Below, piece after piece: positions 12,598-24,110 of a stretch of DNA of 64,000 nt. The DNA comes from Malacoraja senta (Eukaryota), in NCBI GenBank assembly GCA_038087875.1, contig JAXLNO010000362.1, positions 62,001-126,000 of the forward strand. Reading direction: 5' to 3'. The notes under the pieces were generated by a model. It saw nothing but the letters and a program-made list of their open reading frames with translations. It was not told the origin of the DNA and made no database searches. Both the position numbers and the translations under genes were made by a program. How positions within the stretch are numbered: position 1 is the first letter of the stretch; each line of letters starts with the position of its first letter.

Positions 12598-13372
12598 AAT
12601 GAATTGAATTAGACTTTATTAATCCCCTTATTCAGGGGGAAATTCAGATGTCCTTGCAGCACACTAATAAAATACAACATAGTATTAAAAGAAGTTCAAA
12701 GCACAAAGTCCAGTCCCCATCCTCTTGTCCACCCAGAGTCGGGGCCTATTGAGGCCTCCACAGTCGCCGCCACGGCGCCCGATGTTCTCGCCGGGTGATG
12801 GTGCTCCGGCGTCGGAGAACCCCCCAGCGGCTTGGGGTACCAGGAACGACCACCTTCCCACCGAAGACGCGGCTTCCAAGCCAACAGACCGCGCCGGACG
12901 GAGCTCCACACACTGGCAATCTCAGCAAGAGATCCCAGGCTCCGGGATGTAACGTTCAGCGTCGCAGCTGGGCCGCTCCACAGAACCGCTGCTCCACGAT
13001 GTTCTCATCGGCGGTCCCAGCATACTGGAGTTCCAGCGCGGCGACCCAGGAAAGGCATCGCCCGCTCCACGACAGCGCTCCAGCGCTGCACCGCCGCCAA
13101 AGCCGATGTTCTGGCCAGGTCCCCTCAGGGAAACGTCGCTCCAGGACCCGCTGTAGGCCGCAAGGACAGGTCGAAGGCAACCCCTCCGACCAGGTAGGGA
13201 CTCGAAAAGCAGTTTCCTCCTTCCCCCCCCACCACCCCCCACACATAAAAAGATTAGGCCCCCCCGACTACACACTCAACGTACTAAAAATAATAAAAAA
13301 AGAAGGGGCAAAACGGACAGCTGCAGGACAGGCAGCCGTTCTGGACAGCGCCTCCTCCGATGCTGTCCCTCC
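12598..13372 (-). mobile_element. GC-rich non-autonomous retroelement inserted in cassette unit 2
   Basis: Absent from sister units. Flanked by ctttg on both sides (12593-12597, 13373-13377). AATAAA + (attca)n-like tail on minus strand. Confidence 0.7.
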
Positions 13373-13414
13373 CTTTGTACCTATTGAAGGCAATGAAGGC
13401 TTGTATGTACTTAC

Positions 13415-13486
13415 CAAGTGAAAACATGAAGGGGTAAATCAAATCCATGAGCTTCTGAAAGGTATAAACCATAGTCTCTGTATAGA
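13415..13486 (-). pseudogene. 72-bp exon copy 2 (VYTETMVYTFQKLMDLIYPFMFSL)
   Basis: Same acceptor and donor as copy 1. Confidence 0.6.
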
Positions 13487-14678
13487 CTAATGGAAGAGAG
13501 GGAAAGAGAGAGAGGAGAGACAGAGAGAGACAGTCAATGCTGATAAAGACGGGAGCCGTGAGCTTATCTGAACACAATTTGCTTCTTCCTCACTAAGCCA
13601 AACACGTCCACTCTCTCCAGCACATCCTGACTGTTCCCAGGGTACAATTGTCTGTTTAATCACCCGATGCCCCCACTCCTCACCCGCCCCTCCCTCCGTC
13701 CTTCCCTTCTCGCCCTCCTTCCCTCCTCCCTCTCACTCAATCCCTTCTTCCCCCTCTCCCTCCTAACCTAACCTCCCACTCACCATACCTCTCTTCCTCT
13801 GTCCATCGCTCCCCCTCTCTCCCTCCCTCCCCCCTCCCCTCCTTTCCCTCCCTCCCGCCCCTCTCCTTCCCTCACTCCCCCCTCACCCCCCTCTCCTTCC
13901 TCTCTCCCCCTCCCTCACCCGACCCTTCCTCCCTCCCTCCCCTTTTCCCTCACCCTCCCCCTCCCCCCTCCCTCCCTCTTCCTCATCCCTCATCCCTCTC
14001 CCTATCCGTGTTCTCCACAGATGCTGCCCTGTCCCCGCTGAGTTACTCCAGCACTCTGTGTCTCCAATGTTTGTGTCGAGGCCTGGGTTTGTCTCTGTGA
14101 CGAGACAACTGCAGATGCTGGAAACATCGAAGGTAAACAAAAATGCTGGAGAAACTCAACGGGTGAGGCAGCATCTATGGAACGAAGGGAGTAGGCGACG
14201 TCACCTATCCCTTCGCTCCATAGATGCTGCCTCACCCGCTGAGTTTCTCCAGCATTTTTGTCAACCGCGTCTGTTCGTGGATTCTGAGGACGAATGTTCC
14301 ACTCAGCTGGACCCGGTATCACTTACACCAAGGACTTCAAAATGGATGAGAGGGAGGGAGGGAGGGGAGTGAGGGAGGGAAGTAGAGTGAGACGGAGGGT
14401 AGCTAGAGAGGGAGAGGGAAGAAGAGAGGGTAGAATGTGAGGGTTGGGGAGAGTGAGGGGGTGGATAGTGGAGGGAGGGTGGGTGGGTGGGAGGGAGGCT
14501 CCTCCCCTCACCGCCCCTCCCTCCCTTCCCTCCCTCCTGCCCTCTGTCCCTCCCTCTCTCCCCCCTCTCTCTCTCCCTCAACCCTCTACCTATCCGAGTT
14601 CAGAGATGCTGCCTGACCCGCTGAGTTACTCCAGCACTTTGTACCTATTGAAGGCAGTGAAGGCTTGTATGTACTTAC

Positions 14679-14750
14679 CAAGTGAAAACATGAAGGGGTA
14701 AATCAAATCCATGAGCTTCTGAAAGGTATAAACCATAGTCGCTGTGTAGA
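14679..14750 (-). pseudogene. 72-bp exon copy 3 (VYTATMVYTFQKLMDLIYPFMFSL)
   Basis: Same acceptor and donor as copy 1. Confidence 0.6.
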
Positions 14751-14763
14751 CTAATGGAAGGGA

Positions 14764-14795
<32 letters not shown>

Positions 14796-15468
14796 CAATC
14801 AATGCAGATGAAGACGGGAGCCGTGAGCATATCTGAACACATTTAGCTTCTTCCCCACTAAAGCCAAACACGTCCTCTCTCTCCAGCACATCCTGACTAT
14901 TCCCAGGGTACAATTGTCCGTTTAATAACCCAATGCCCCCACTCCTCACCGCCCCTCCCTCCCTCCCCCTCTCCCATCCTCTTTCCCTTTATCCCTTCCT
15001 CTCTCTTCCTCATCCCTGTTGTCTTTGTCTTTTGTTTGATAATTGTATGTTTAATAACCCGATGCCTCCACTCCTCACCGCCCCTCCCTCCATCCTTCCC
15101 TTCCCGCCCTCCTTCGTACCTCCCTCTCTCACTCCCTTCCTCCCCCTCCCCTCTCCTAACCCAGCCTCCCATTCACCATGCCTCTCTATCTCTGCCCACC
15201 CCTCCCCGCACTTCCTCCCTCCCTCCCTCTTCCCTCCCCCTCCTTCCCTCCCTCCCTCATCCCTCATCCCTCTCCCTATCCGTGTTCTCCAGAGATGCTG
15301 CCTGTCCCGCTGAGTTACTCCAGCACTCTGTGTCTCCAATGTTTGTGCCGGGGCGTGGGTTGGTCTCTGTGACGGGACATCCTGGAGACCTTTGTTGAGC
15401 GTCGGGGATGTTCTCGGACGATGTCGCCCACAAGGCGAGAAGGTTTTTCAGCCAGCGCCGAAGTCAAG

Positions 15469-16508
15469 ATGCCCCAGAATAATCTGGCTTCTGTGTTTCT
15501 CCTCCTCGCCGTGTTGGCTCACAGGGGCTGCGCTTGTATGAACTGCGACCGCCGGCTCTGGTCCAAGTTCCTGGACCTGATCAACCGCTGTCTGATGTTT
15601 AAGAAAGAACTGCAGATGCTGGAAAAATCGAAGGTAAACAAAAATGCTGGAGAAACTCAAGGGTGAGGCAGCATCTATGGAACGAAGGAGTAGGCGACGT
15701 CACCTATTCCTTCGCTCCATAGATGCTGCCTCACCCGCTGAGTTTCTCCAGCATTTTTGTCAACCGCGTCTGATCGTGGATTCTGAGGACAAATGTTACA
15801 CTCAGCTGGACCCGGTTATCACTTACACCAAGGACTTCAAAATGGGGGAGAGGGGGGTGGAGGGAGGGAAGTAGAGTGAGGGAGCCAGAGACAGGGGAGG
15901 GAAGAAGAGAAGGAGGGAGGGAGAGTGAGAGGGGGAGAGGGAGAGGGGGGGAGAGGGGGAGGGAGGGAGAGAGAGGGAGGGAGGGAGGAAGAGTTAGAGG
16001 GGGGTAGGTTGGGAGGGATGGAGAGAGGGAGGGATATAGTGTGAGGGAGGGAGAGACAGGGGAGGGGAGAAGAGAATGAGGGAGGGAGCTAGGGGGAGAG
16101 AGGGAGGGAGGGAGGGAAGCGTAGGGTGAGATGGAGGGTAGGTTGGGAGGAAGAGGGGAGAAGAGAGGGAGGGTAAAATGGGAGGGAGAGGAGGAGAGAT
16201 GGAGGGGGATGGATAGTGTGGAGGGAGGGATGGAAGGAGGGCCGGTGAGGAGGGGAGCATCGGGTTATTAAACAGACATTTGTACACTGGGAATAGTCAG
16301 GATGTGCTGGAGAGAGTGGACATGTTTGGGTTTAGTGGGGAAGAAGCTAATTGTGTTCATATAACCCCATGGCTCCCGTCTTTATCAGCATTGTCTCTCC
16401 GTCTCTCTCTCTCTGTCTCTCTCTCTCTTCCATTAGTCTATACAGAGACTATGGTTTATACCTTTCAGAAGCTCATGGATTTGATTTACCCCTTCATGTT
16501 TTCTCTTA
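15469..16508 (+). pseudogene. Two-exon remnant of a secreted/surface protein, IZUMO/SPACA6/TMEM95-like: exon 1 15469-15845 (split by repeat 15597-15759), exon 2 16437-16508
   Basis: Reconstructed MPQNNLASVFLLLAVLAHRGCACMNCDRRLWSKFLDLINRCLIVDSEDKCYTQLDPVITYTKDFKM|VYTETMVYTFQKLMDLIYPFMFSL. Signal peptide then CxxC. Phases match (1/1). Exon-1 donor mutated (GGGAG). Confidence 0.6.
15597..15759. mobile_element. Hairpin (palindromic) repeat, Penelope-associated/MITE-like, inserted in exon 1
   Basis: Self-complementary around gacgtc (~15696-15701). Flanked by ~15-bp direct repeat tcaaccgc(t)gtctgat (15581-15596, 15760-15774). Copies at ~12100-12255 and ~14108-14262. Confidence 0.8.
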
Positions 16509-16564
16509 GTAAGTAAATACAAGCCTTCACTGCCTTCAATAGGTACAAAGTGCTGGAGTCACCA

Positions 16565-16785
16565 GTGGGGAAAGAACTTTGGACCACTGCTACTCGCCGT
16601 TCAGCGAAGGCTGCAAGGCTGTTTCTCTCCCTCCTTTTGGGAAATCTGACCACGCTGCTATTTTCCTGCTGCCGGAGTATAAACAACGGATAGTACGGGA
16701 AGCGGCAGTGACGAGGGACATAAAGCGATGGTCTGACCATTCAGAGGCCATGCTGCAGGATGCACTGAGCGATGTCGACTGGAAT
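16565..16785 (+). mobile_element. Rex1/Babar LINE fragment (endonuclease C-terminal region)
   Basis: LDHCYSP..PPFGKSDH..LLPEYKQR..KRWS..LQDALSDVDWN. Confidence 0.8.
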
Positions 16786-18255
16786 ATTAGACCTTCAGCC
16801 CAGAGACATTAGGTTGGACAAACTAGGTACCAATGTCTGACTATGGGAGTGTGTAGGGGGTCACATGAAATGAACAGAATTGGGAGTCTGCCGGGTACCT
16901 CCCACTGCGTGTAGATCTGCGGGATCCCCCAATGGGCCAAAAAATGGGTGATAAATAGATGAGTGAGGTACCACTTAAATCCACTACCATGGTGTGCTCA
17001 TTGCCACACCTATATCAACAACACAAACGGCAGGCATTTGTCCCGCTGCAAAAGGCCCGCCAGACCCCCCACAAAGGGTCTAAAAATGGGCTAGCATATA
17101 GATGAGCAAGGTACCACTCAAATACAATGCCAAATGAACAAGTTGAGTTCATCGAGTACAAAATGGGTTACGCCAGACAAATAGTCCGCTGCACTACAGG
17201 TACCAGACACCCCAAAAATGGACACCCTAGACCCTGCTGTCCAACTAGGCTAGCCTAGATATTGTGGGTACCAGCTATAACCAAGTTTAAATGATCTGTC
17301 ACACCTTGCGGGATATAAAATGACCTATGACAGAACAATTATCCTCTGCCTTGGGTTTACCCGACCCCCTAAATGTATCCTTGGGCCCATCTAGACGAGT
17401 GAGGACATAGGTTCAAGGTGAAGGGGAAAATATCTGAGGGGTAACATTTTCACACAAAGGGTGGTGTGTGTATGGAACGAGCTGCTGGAGGAGGTACTTG
17501 AGGCTGGGACCATCCCAAAGTTTAAGAAACAGTTCGAAATGTACATGGACAGGACAAGTTTGGAGGGATATGGACCAAGCTCAGGCAGGTGGGACTAGTG
17601 TATTTGGGACATGTTGGCCGGTGTGGGCAAGTTGGGCCGAAGGGCCTGTTTCCACAATGTATGACTCTATATAGATGATGATGTAGAGAGATAAAGAACA
17701 ATTAATGAAAGATAGATGCAAACAAAGTAACGATGTTAAAGGAAACAGGACACTGTTAGCGGTTTGTTGGGTGAAAACGAGAAGCTGGTGCGACTTGGGT
17801 GGGGGAGGGATGGAGAGAGAGGGAACACAGGGCTACCTCAAGTGAGAGAAATCAATGTTCATATCACTGGGCTGTAAGCTGCCCAAGCGGAATATGAGAT
17901 GCTGGTCCTCCAATTTGCGTTTAGCCTCACTCTGTCAATGGAGGACAGAAAGGTCAGTGTGGGAAGGGGAATTAAAGTATTTAGCAACCGGGAGTATGAA
18001 TATTGATTTATCTAACTACGTGAGAGTGTGTGAGAGAGAGTGTGAGAGTGGCAGAGAGTGAGAGAGAGTGGGTGTGAATGTGAGAGAAAGTTTGAGAGGG
18101 AGAGTGCGAGGGGGAGAGAGAGTGTGTGTGAAACTGCGAGTGTGAGAGACAGTGCGTGAGTGTGAGAGAGTGAGAGAAAGAGAGGGAGAAAGAGAGAGAG
18201 AGAGAGAGAAAGTGAGTGAGAGGGAGAGAGAGAGATAGAAAGTGAGTGAGATGGA

Positions 18256-18288
<33 letters not shown>

Positions 18289-18442
18289 TGTGAGTGGAGA
18301 ACATAAACAACATGGCTGAACCTGGGTCTGTGGGAGTTCAGGAGTTGTGAACCTTCTCGCTGATGGTATTAAATGCCGGGCCACACCGCGCACTGCTCTG
18401 TACTAAACCCACAACTGCCCGTCTGCTTCCCTTTCCTTCCAG

Positions 18443-18628
18443 AGCGCGGGGAGTGGACAGGACGGGACGGCCCCAGAGGAGCTGAAAGGAGGAGGGGAAT
18501 CGGGAGAGGGGGGAGAGCAAGCGGCCGTGTACGCCAACCTGCGGGAGGTGCCGAGCAGCGGAGACACCGTGTACAGTGGCGAGGGGGTGGAATACGCGGC
18601 GCTCTGGTTCCAGTCCAAGCAGGGGTAG
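18443..18628 (+). CDS. Terminal cytoplasmic exon of an inhibitory Ig-superfamily receptor (Siglec-like), with tyrosine motifs; upstream exons not seen
   Basis: Acceptor cttccctttccttccag. Phase-0 open frame SAGSGQDGTAPEELKGGGESGEGGEQAAVYANLREVPSSGDTVYSGEGVEYAALWFQSKQG-stop. VEYAAL fits the ITIM consensus; AVYANL is ITIM-like. Confidence 0.72.
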   Translation, partial: SAGSGQDGTAPEELKGGGESGEGGEQAAVYANLREVPSSGDTVYSGEGVEYAALWFQSKQG

Positions 18629-19204
18629 GGGTAGGTGGGAGGATGGAGTAATGGAGGGGAGGTGTGGAGGGAGGGAGGGGAGGGGCGGTGAGGGGAGGTG
18701 AAGAGCGAGAGGCGAAGGGCAGGGGGCGCTACACCAGCCTTAACTACCTTGGGTTTCATAGATTAATTTACCCTCTGTAGATGAAATAGTGGGATAACAT
18801 AGAACTAGTGTGTGAACGGATGATCGATGGTCGGTGCGGACTGGGTGGGCCGAAGGGCCTGTTTCCCCACAGTATCTCTTCAAAAAAGCCTTTGTTTCTT
18901 TAGAACACAGACTGTTCCGCGTATTAACATTGACAATAATTGCTTCTATTGACACTGATCAAATGATAGTATGTTAAACACAGACTTCACCTGCAGTTAC
19001 AAAATAGACTCGTAGATATTAAATGAAGACCTTTATGTTTTGAGAATCCTGTGGGATTGTTGCTAATGCTATTCTGAAACTCTGAAACGCCCTCTTGCTC
19101 TTGTAGCGCCATGTTCTATAACAAGTTACATAACAAGCAGCTCTCTGTGTGGCATTGGTGAGTAATAATAATAATGAAATGCAGACGCTGGAAATCTGAC
19201 AAAC

Positions 19205-19512
19205 GGCGGCACGGTGGCGCAGCGGTAGAGTTGCTGCCTCACAGCGCCAGAGACCCGGGTTCGATCCTGACTACAGGTGCTGTCTGTACGGAGTTTGTAC
19301 GTTCTCCCCGTGACCTGCGTGGGTTTTCTCCAGGATCTTCGATTTCCTCCCACACTCCAAAGATGGGCTGGTTTGTAGGTTAATTGGCTTGCTGTAAATG
19401 TAAATTGTCCCTGGTGTGTGTAGTGTGCGGGGATCGCTGGTCGGCGCTGACTCGGTGGGCCGAAGGTCCTGTTTCCGCGCTGTGTCTCTAGACTACACTA
19501 AACTAAAACTAA
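19205..19512 (+). mobile_element. Full-length tRNA-derived V-SINE (representative copy; others at ~29410-29660, 36000-36265, 52410-52710, 57695-58075, 62555-62690)
   Basis: tggcgcagcggtaga A-box, ggttcgatcc B-box, V-domain-like core, (taaac)n tail. Confidence 0.85.
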
Positions 19513-19642
19513 TCAGTCATGGTCATCTAATAGTGGAGCAGGTGCAAGATTAATCCTGATACTATTTTTATATCATTACATGTTTTCGGCAGAGGATTTG
19601 AATTTGTTGCATTTGTAAACAAAGAGATTAAAATGCTGAACC

Positions 19643-20550
19643 ATAGAAACATAGAAATTAGGTGCAGGAGTAGGCCATTCGGCCCTTCGAGCCTGCACCG
19701 CCATTCAATATGATCATGGCTGATCATCCAACTCAGTATCCCGTACCTGCCTTCTCTCCATACCCTCTGATCCCCTTAGCCACAAGGGCCACATCTAACT
19801 CCCTCTTAAATATAGCCAATGAACTGGCCTCAAATACCCTCTGTGGCAGAGAGTTCCAGAGATTCACCACTCTCTGTGTGAAAAAAGTTCTTCTCATCTC
19901 GGTTTTAAAGGATTTCCCCCTTATCATTAAGCTGTGACCCCTTGTCCTGGACTTCCCCAACATCGGGAGCAATCTTCCTGCATCACATTACAGTCACATG
20001 TCTCATAATTATGTTTTAAACATCTCTTTTATTTGATTTTTGGTCTCCTAATTTGAGGAAGGACATTCTTGCTATTGAGGGAGTGCAACGTAGGTTCACC
20101 AGGTTAATTCCCGGGATGACGGGACTGACATATGATGCAATAACGGATCTACTGGGCTTCTATTCACTGGAATTTAGAAGGATGAGAGGGCATCTTATAG
20201 AAACATAAAAATCCTTAAGGGATTGGACAGGCAAGATGCAGGGAAAATGTTTCCGATGTTGGGGGGAGTCCAGAACCAGGGGTCACAGTTTAAGAATAAG
20301 GGGTCGGCCATTTAGGACTGAGATCAGGAAAATCGGTTTCACCCAGAGAGTTGTGAATCTTGAAATTCTCTGCCCCAGAAGGCAGTGGAGGCCAATTCAC
20401 TGGTGGTTTTCAAGAGTTAGATTTAGCTCTTTGGGCTAACGGAATTGAGGGATATGGGGAGAAAGCAGGAACGGGGTACTGATTTTGGATGGTCTGCCAT
20501 GATCATATTGAATGGTGGCCCTACTCCTGCACGTATTTTCTATGTTTCCT
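19643..20550. mobile_element. Two 5'-truncated CR1 3' ends in opposite orientation (19643-19985 minus; 20040-20550 plus)
   Basis: RT C-terminal motifs (TRGHSL, FFTQRVVNLWNSLP) and CR1 3' UTR hairpin/tail. Confidence 0.88.
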
Positions 20551-20642
20551 CGCTGTATCTCTAAACTAAACTAAACCCTTCCTATTACATTCCTGTCTGA
20601 ATATCTTGTAAAAGTCACGATTGTGTCCTTTCAAAAGCTTCC

Positions 20643-23600
20643 TTTTTTAAAATTTCAAAATATACTTTATTCGAGAAATAAATATATCCAATAGATGATC
20701 CTTACAAGACTCCATCCAACATTCTCAGAGGCTATACATAAATTCAATAATGTTTACACAAATTTATCCCCCACCCTTGCCACTCATGTGGCCCACTGGC
20801 ATGGAATCCCTTCCCTTATTTTTGAGGGGCGTCTCCACCACACCCTGCCCATGTCCAGCAGCGGAAGCGTCCCTGCGTAGAGGGACCACACCCCCCCCCC
20901 ACTCCCCACCGAGCCTTGGCGTTGTCTGCACCAAGCTTCAGTGTGTCCCTCAGCACGTACTCCTGCAGTCTGCAGCGGGCCAGTCGGCAACATTCTCTGA
21001 CAGACATCCCACTCCACTGGGTTGTCAACAAAGCTTGGGCAGACCAAAGGGCGTCTTTCACCGAGTTGATGACCTTCCAGCAGCACTCAATGTCAGTCTC
21101 TGAATGTGTCCCTGGGAACAGTCCGGAAATATGTGACAGAGCTGTTCAGAAGAAATCGTGACAGGGACTCCTGCAAACATCTCCAGACTGTCTTTGCAAA
21201 TCCACACTCTGCAGAGGTGGGCAACCGTCTCATCTCCATAGCAGCCATCTCAAGGGCAGCGTGCGCTGGTAGTGAGGTTCTGACAGTGCAGAAAGGATCT
21301 GACTGGGAGGGCTCCCCTCACCGCCAGCCAAGCCAGGTCTTGGTGCTTGTTGGTGAGTTGTGGCGATGAGGCATTTCGCCAGACAAGCTGGGCAGTCTGC
21401 TCTGGGAACCACGCCACTGGATCCATGGACTCATTTCGCTGCAGTGCCTGCAGGACGTTCCGTGCTGACCACTGCCCGATGGACATGTGGTCAAAGGTGT
21501 TGATCTGGAAGAACCTTCCCACAAACGACAGATGGTGCACAATGTCCAGCCGACTGGCATATTTCATGGCATCTGCCCCAGGCCCATCCTTCGCAACACC
21601 GGGGACAGGTAGAACCTCAACAGGTAATGAAACTTGGTGCCCACATGCCTTGGCTCTACGCTCCGCCTGATGCAACCACACACGGAAGTGGCCATCAGGA
21701 TGAGTGTGACGTTGGGCCCGCTTTTACCCCCTTTGTCCGCCAACCTGTGTATTTTGTCCCATCGCACCCGGTCCATCCTCGACCCCCGGATGAACTGAAA
21801 GACGGCCCGGGTGATCCCTATGGCATAGGAGGGAGGGACAGGCCACACTTGCGCCAAGTACAGCAGCCCCGAGAGCACCTCACTCCTGATGACCAAGTTC
21901 TTTTCCCGTTATAGAGAGGGAGCGTTGCTTCCACAGCTCCAGTTTCTTCCCAACCTTGGCTGTGCTCTCCAGAAAAATCTTGTCACATGCCTCAGCCCCC
22001 TCGAACCAGATCCCCAGCACCTTCAGGCTTGATGGTGAAGGGGATGGATGAACGGTCGGGCCAGTTGCCAAAGAGCAAGGCCTCGCGCTTCCTGCGGTTC
22101 AGCGTGGCTCCCGTGGCCGACTCAAATTGGTCGCAGACGCTAATCAATCTGCGGACCAACCCTGGATCCGAGCAGAAGACAGCGACATCGTCCATGTACA
22201 GGGAGGTTTTGACCCGAGTGTCCCCATTGCCTGGCTATGTCATTCCTCTTATGCTCGCATCCTTCCTGATGGACTTGGCAAAAGGTTCAATACAACAGAT
22301 GAACAAGACAGGGGAGAGAGGGCAACCCTGCTTGACTCCAGACCTGACGGGGAAGCTGTCAGATTCCCACCCATTGATTTGGACTGCACTACAGATATCG
22401 GTGTAGAGCAGTTGGATCCAATTACTGATTCTCTCCTCAAAGCCCATTTTTGAGAACATGTCCCTCATGTACGTGTGCAATGTCCTGTTGAAGGCCTTCT
22501 CCTGGTCCAAGCTGACCAGGCAGGCATCCACCTGTCTGTCCTGCATGTAGGAAATGGTATCTCTCAGCAGCACCAGGATGTCTTTGATTTTTCTGCCAGG
22601 TACAGCACAGGTTTAGTTTGGGTGGATCACCCATCCCAGGGCAGACTTGACCCGGTTGGCGATGGCCTTAGACAGCATCTTGTAATCAACATTCAATAAT
22701 GTGATGGGTCTCCAATTCCTTATATCATTCATCTCCCCCTTCTGCTTGGAGATTAGGGTGATGCTGCCCTTCCTCATAGAGTCTGACATGCTGCCGGTAG
22801 AAGCATGTCATTGTACACTTCCAGCAGGTCCGGGCCCACCCAGTCCCACAGAGCCGAATACAACTCGGCCGGTAAGCCATCGCTTCTGGGAGTTTTACCC
22901 GAGTCAAAGGAACGGATGGAACCAGTCAGCTCCTCTAGGGTCAGTTGTTGGTCCAGACGCTCCTGCTTGCTGTCCTCCACGACCTCCGTGATAGAGGACA
23001 GGAAGTTCTGGGAGGCGGTGCTGTCTGTGGCCTTTCTGTTGAACAACTCCATAGAAAAGGATGTGCAGATCCTCAGCATGTCCGTCTGCAAGGGTGTTAC
23101 CGAGCCGTCCTCCTCCCTAAGGCTGTTGATCACAGAGCTCCCCCTGTGAACCTTATGGAAGAATAAGCGTGAGCACGTCTCATCCTGCAGCACGTGGCGG
23201 TCCCTGCATCGGAAGATGATCTTGGAGGATTCGGAGGTAAAGAGCTGAGTATTCAAGCCCTTCAACTCTCTAAGTTCCTCCCTCACATCCCCCTCTCGAC
23301 TGCTGAATGAGCAGTTGCTACAATTCTGTCTGGAGTTGACACAATTCCCTCTGACTCTGCCTTGCTCTGTAAACCCCATTAAATATGAATAACCTCTTGA
23401 TGTTCTCCTGGGTTGCTTCCCACCAGTGTGTCCGGGAGTCAAAGAGGGGCCTCACCATTCTCCAACATGCATAGTCCCTCTTTAGCTCCTCAATGTACTC
23501 TGGGGTTAACAGCTTCACATTTAACTTCCACGTCCCTCTGCCTGCCTTCCGGTTCACATTAGTCAGCTGGAGCGGAGAGCCACGGTACATTACATCCACC

Positions 23601-23745
23601 ACCAGCAGATGCCCCCCCCCCCCCCAACCACCTCCCTGACCTCAGTGATGGCGAAGCTCCCTCCCTGCAGCAAGATCCCCGGACTGGAAGCGCGACCGTC
23701 ATTGCCCCCCAGGCACGTGCCATCAGGGTAGGCAAGGTAGGCACT
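20643..23745 (-). mobile_element. Tx1/L1-clade LINE ORF2, 5'-truncated and degraded
   Basis: GRGTWKLN, KTPRSDGLPAELY, SLDQEKAF, GVKQGCPLSP, YMDDV, C-terminal Cys/His region. AATAAA and A-rich tail on the minus strand at ~20645-20670. Confidence 0.88.
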
Positions 23746-24110
23746 GCATACCCTGACTAAAATTATAAAATGGTAATTACTAAATGTAAATAGTAAAGGG
23801 ATGGGTGAAATATGTCTATCTAAGAGATCGATCTCTTAGGTAGGCATAATTCTCCGTGCCTTTCATCCGCAGCACTTGTAACACGCGAAGATCTGTTCAG
23901 CCAACGTGCCGTCAGCGCTACTTCAAGCCGTCAATTTCAAGGGGAGCTGAAGGCAGCAGAAATTCTGTCTTTGCTGTACTAGTTTCTTGGCAGGTTTTCA
24001 AATATGGATTGCCATTATCTGAAGAGTATCTTAGGAAACAAAGAGAGAAGAATGGAGTTTGTGTACCAATAATGTGGTAAGTACATTTCTTAGTGCTATA
24101 TGTTTTAAAA

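Larger units (their letters stand above)
11190..16560. repeat. Tandem-triplicated and fold-back cassette with exon copies, hairpin repeats and long polypurine/polypyrimidine tracts
   Basis: Units ~11190-12555, ~12555-14600 and ~14600-15850. Segment 15850-16560 is an inverted copy of ~14630-15270. Confidence 0.85.

Noticed and set aside
12685..13421. Several overlapping ORFs up to 208 aa
   Set aside because: GC-rich non-autonomous repeat; open on multiple frames and strands with no recognisable domain
19205..19280. tRNA-like sequence with A and B boxes
   Set aside because: Head of a multi-copy SINE that continues into SINE body and tail; no complete cloverleaf
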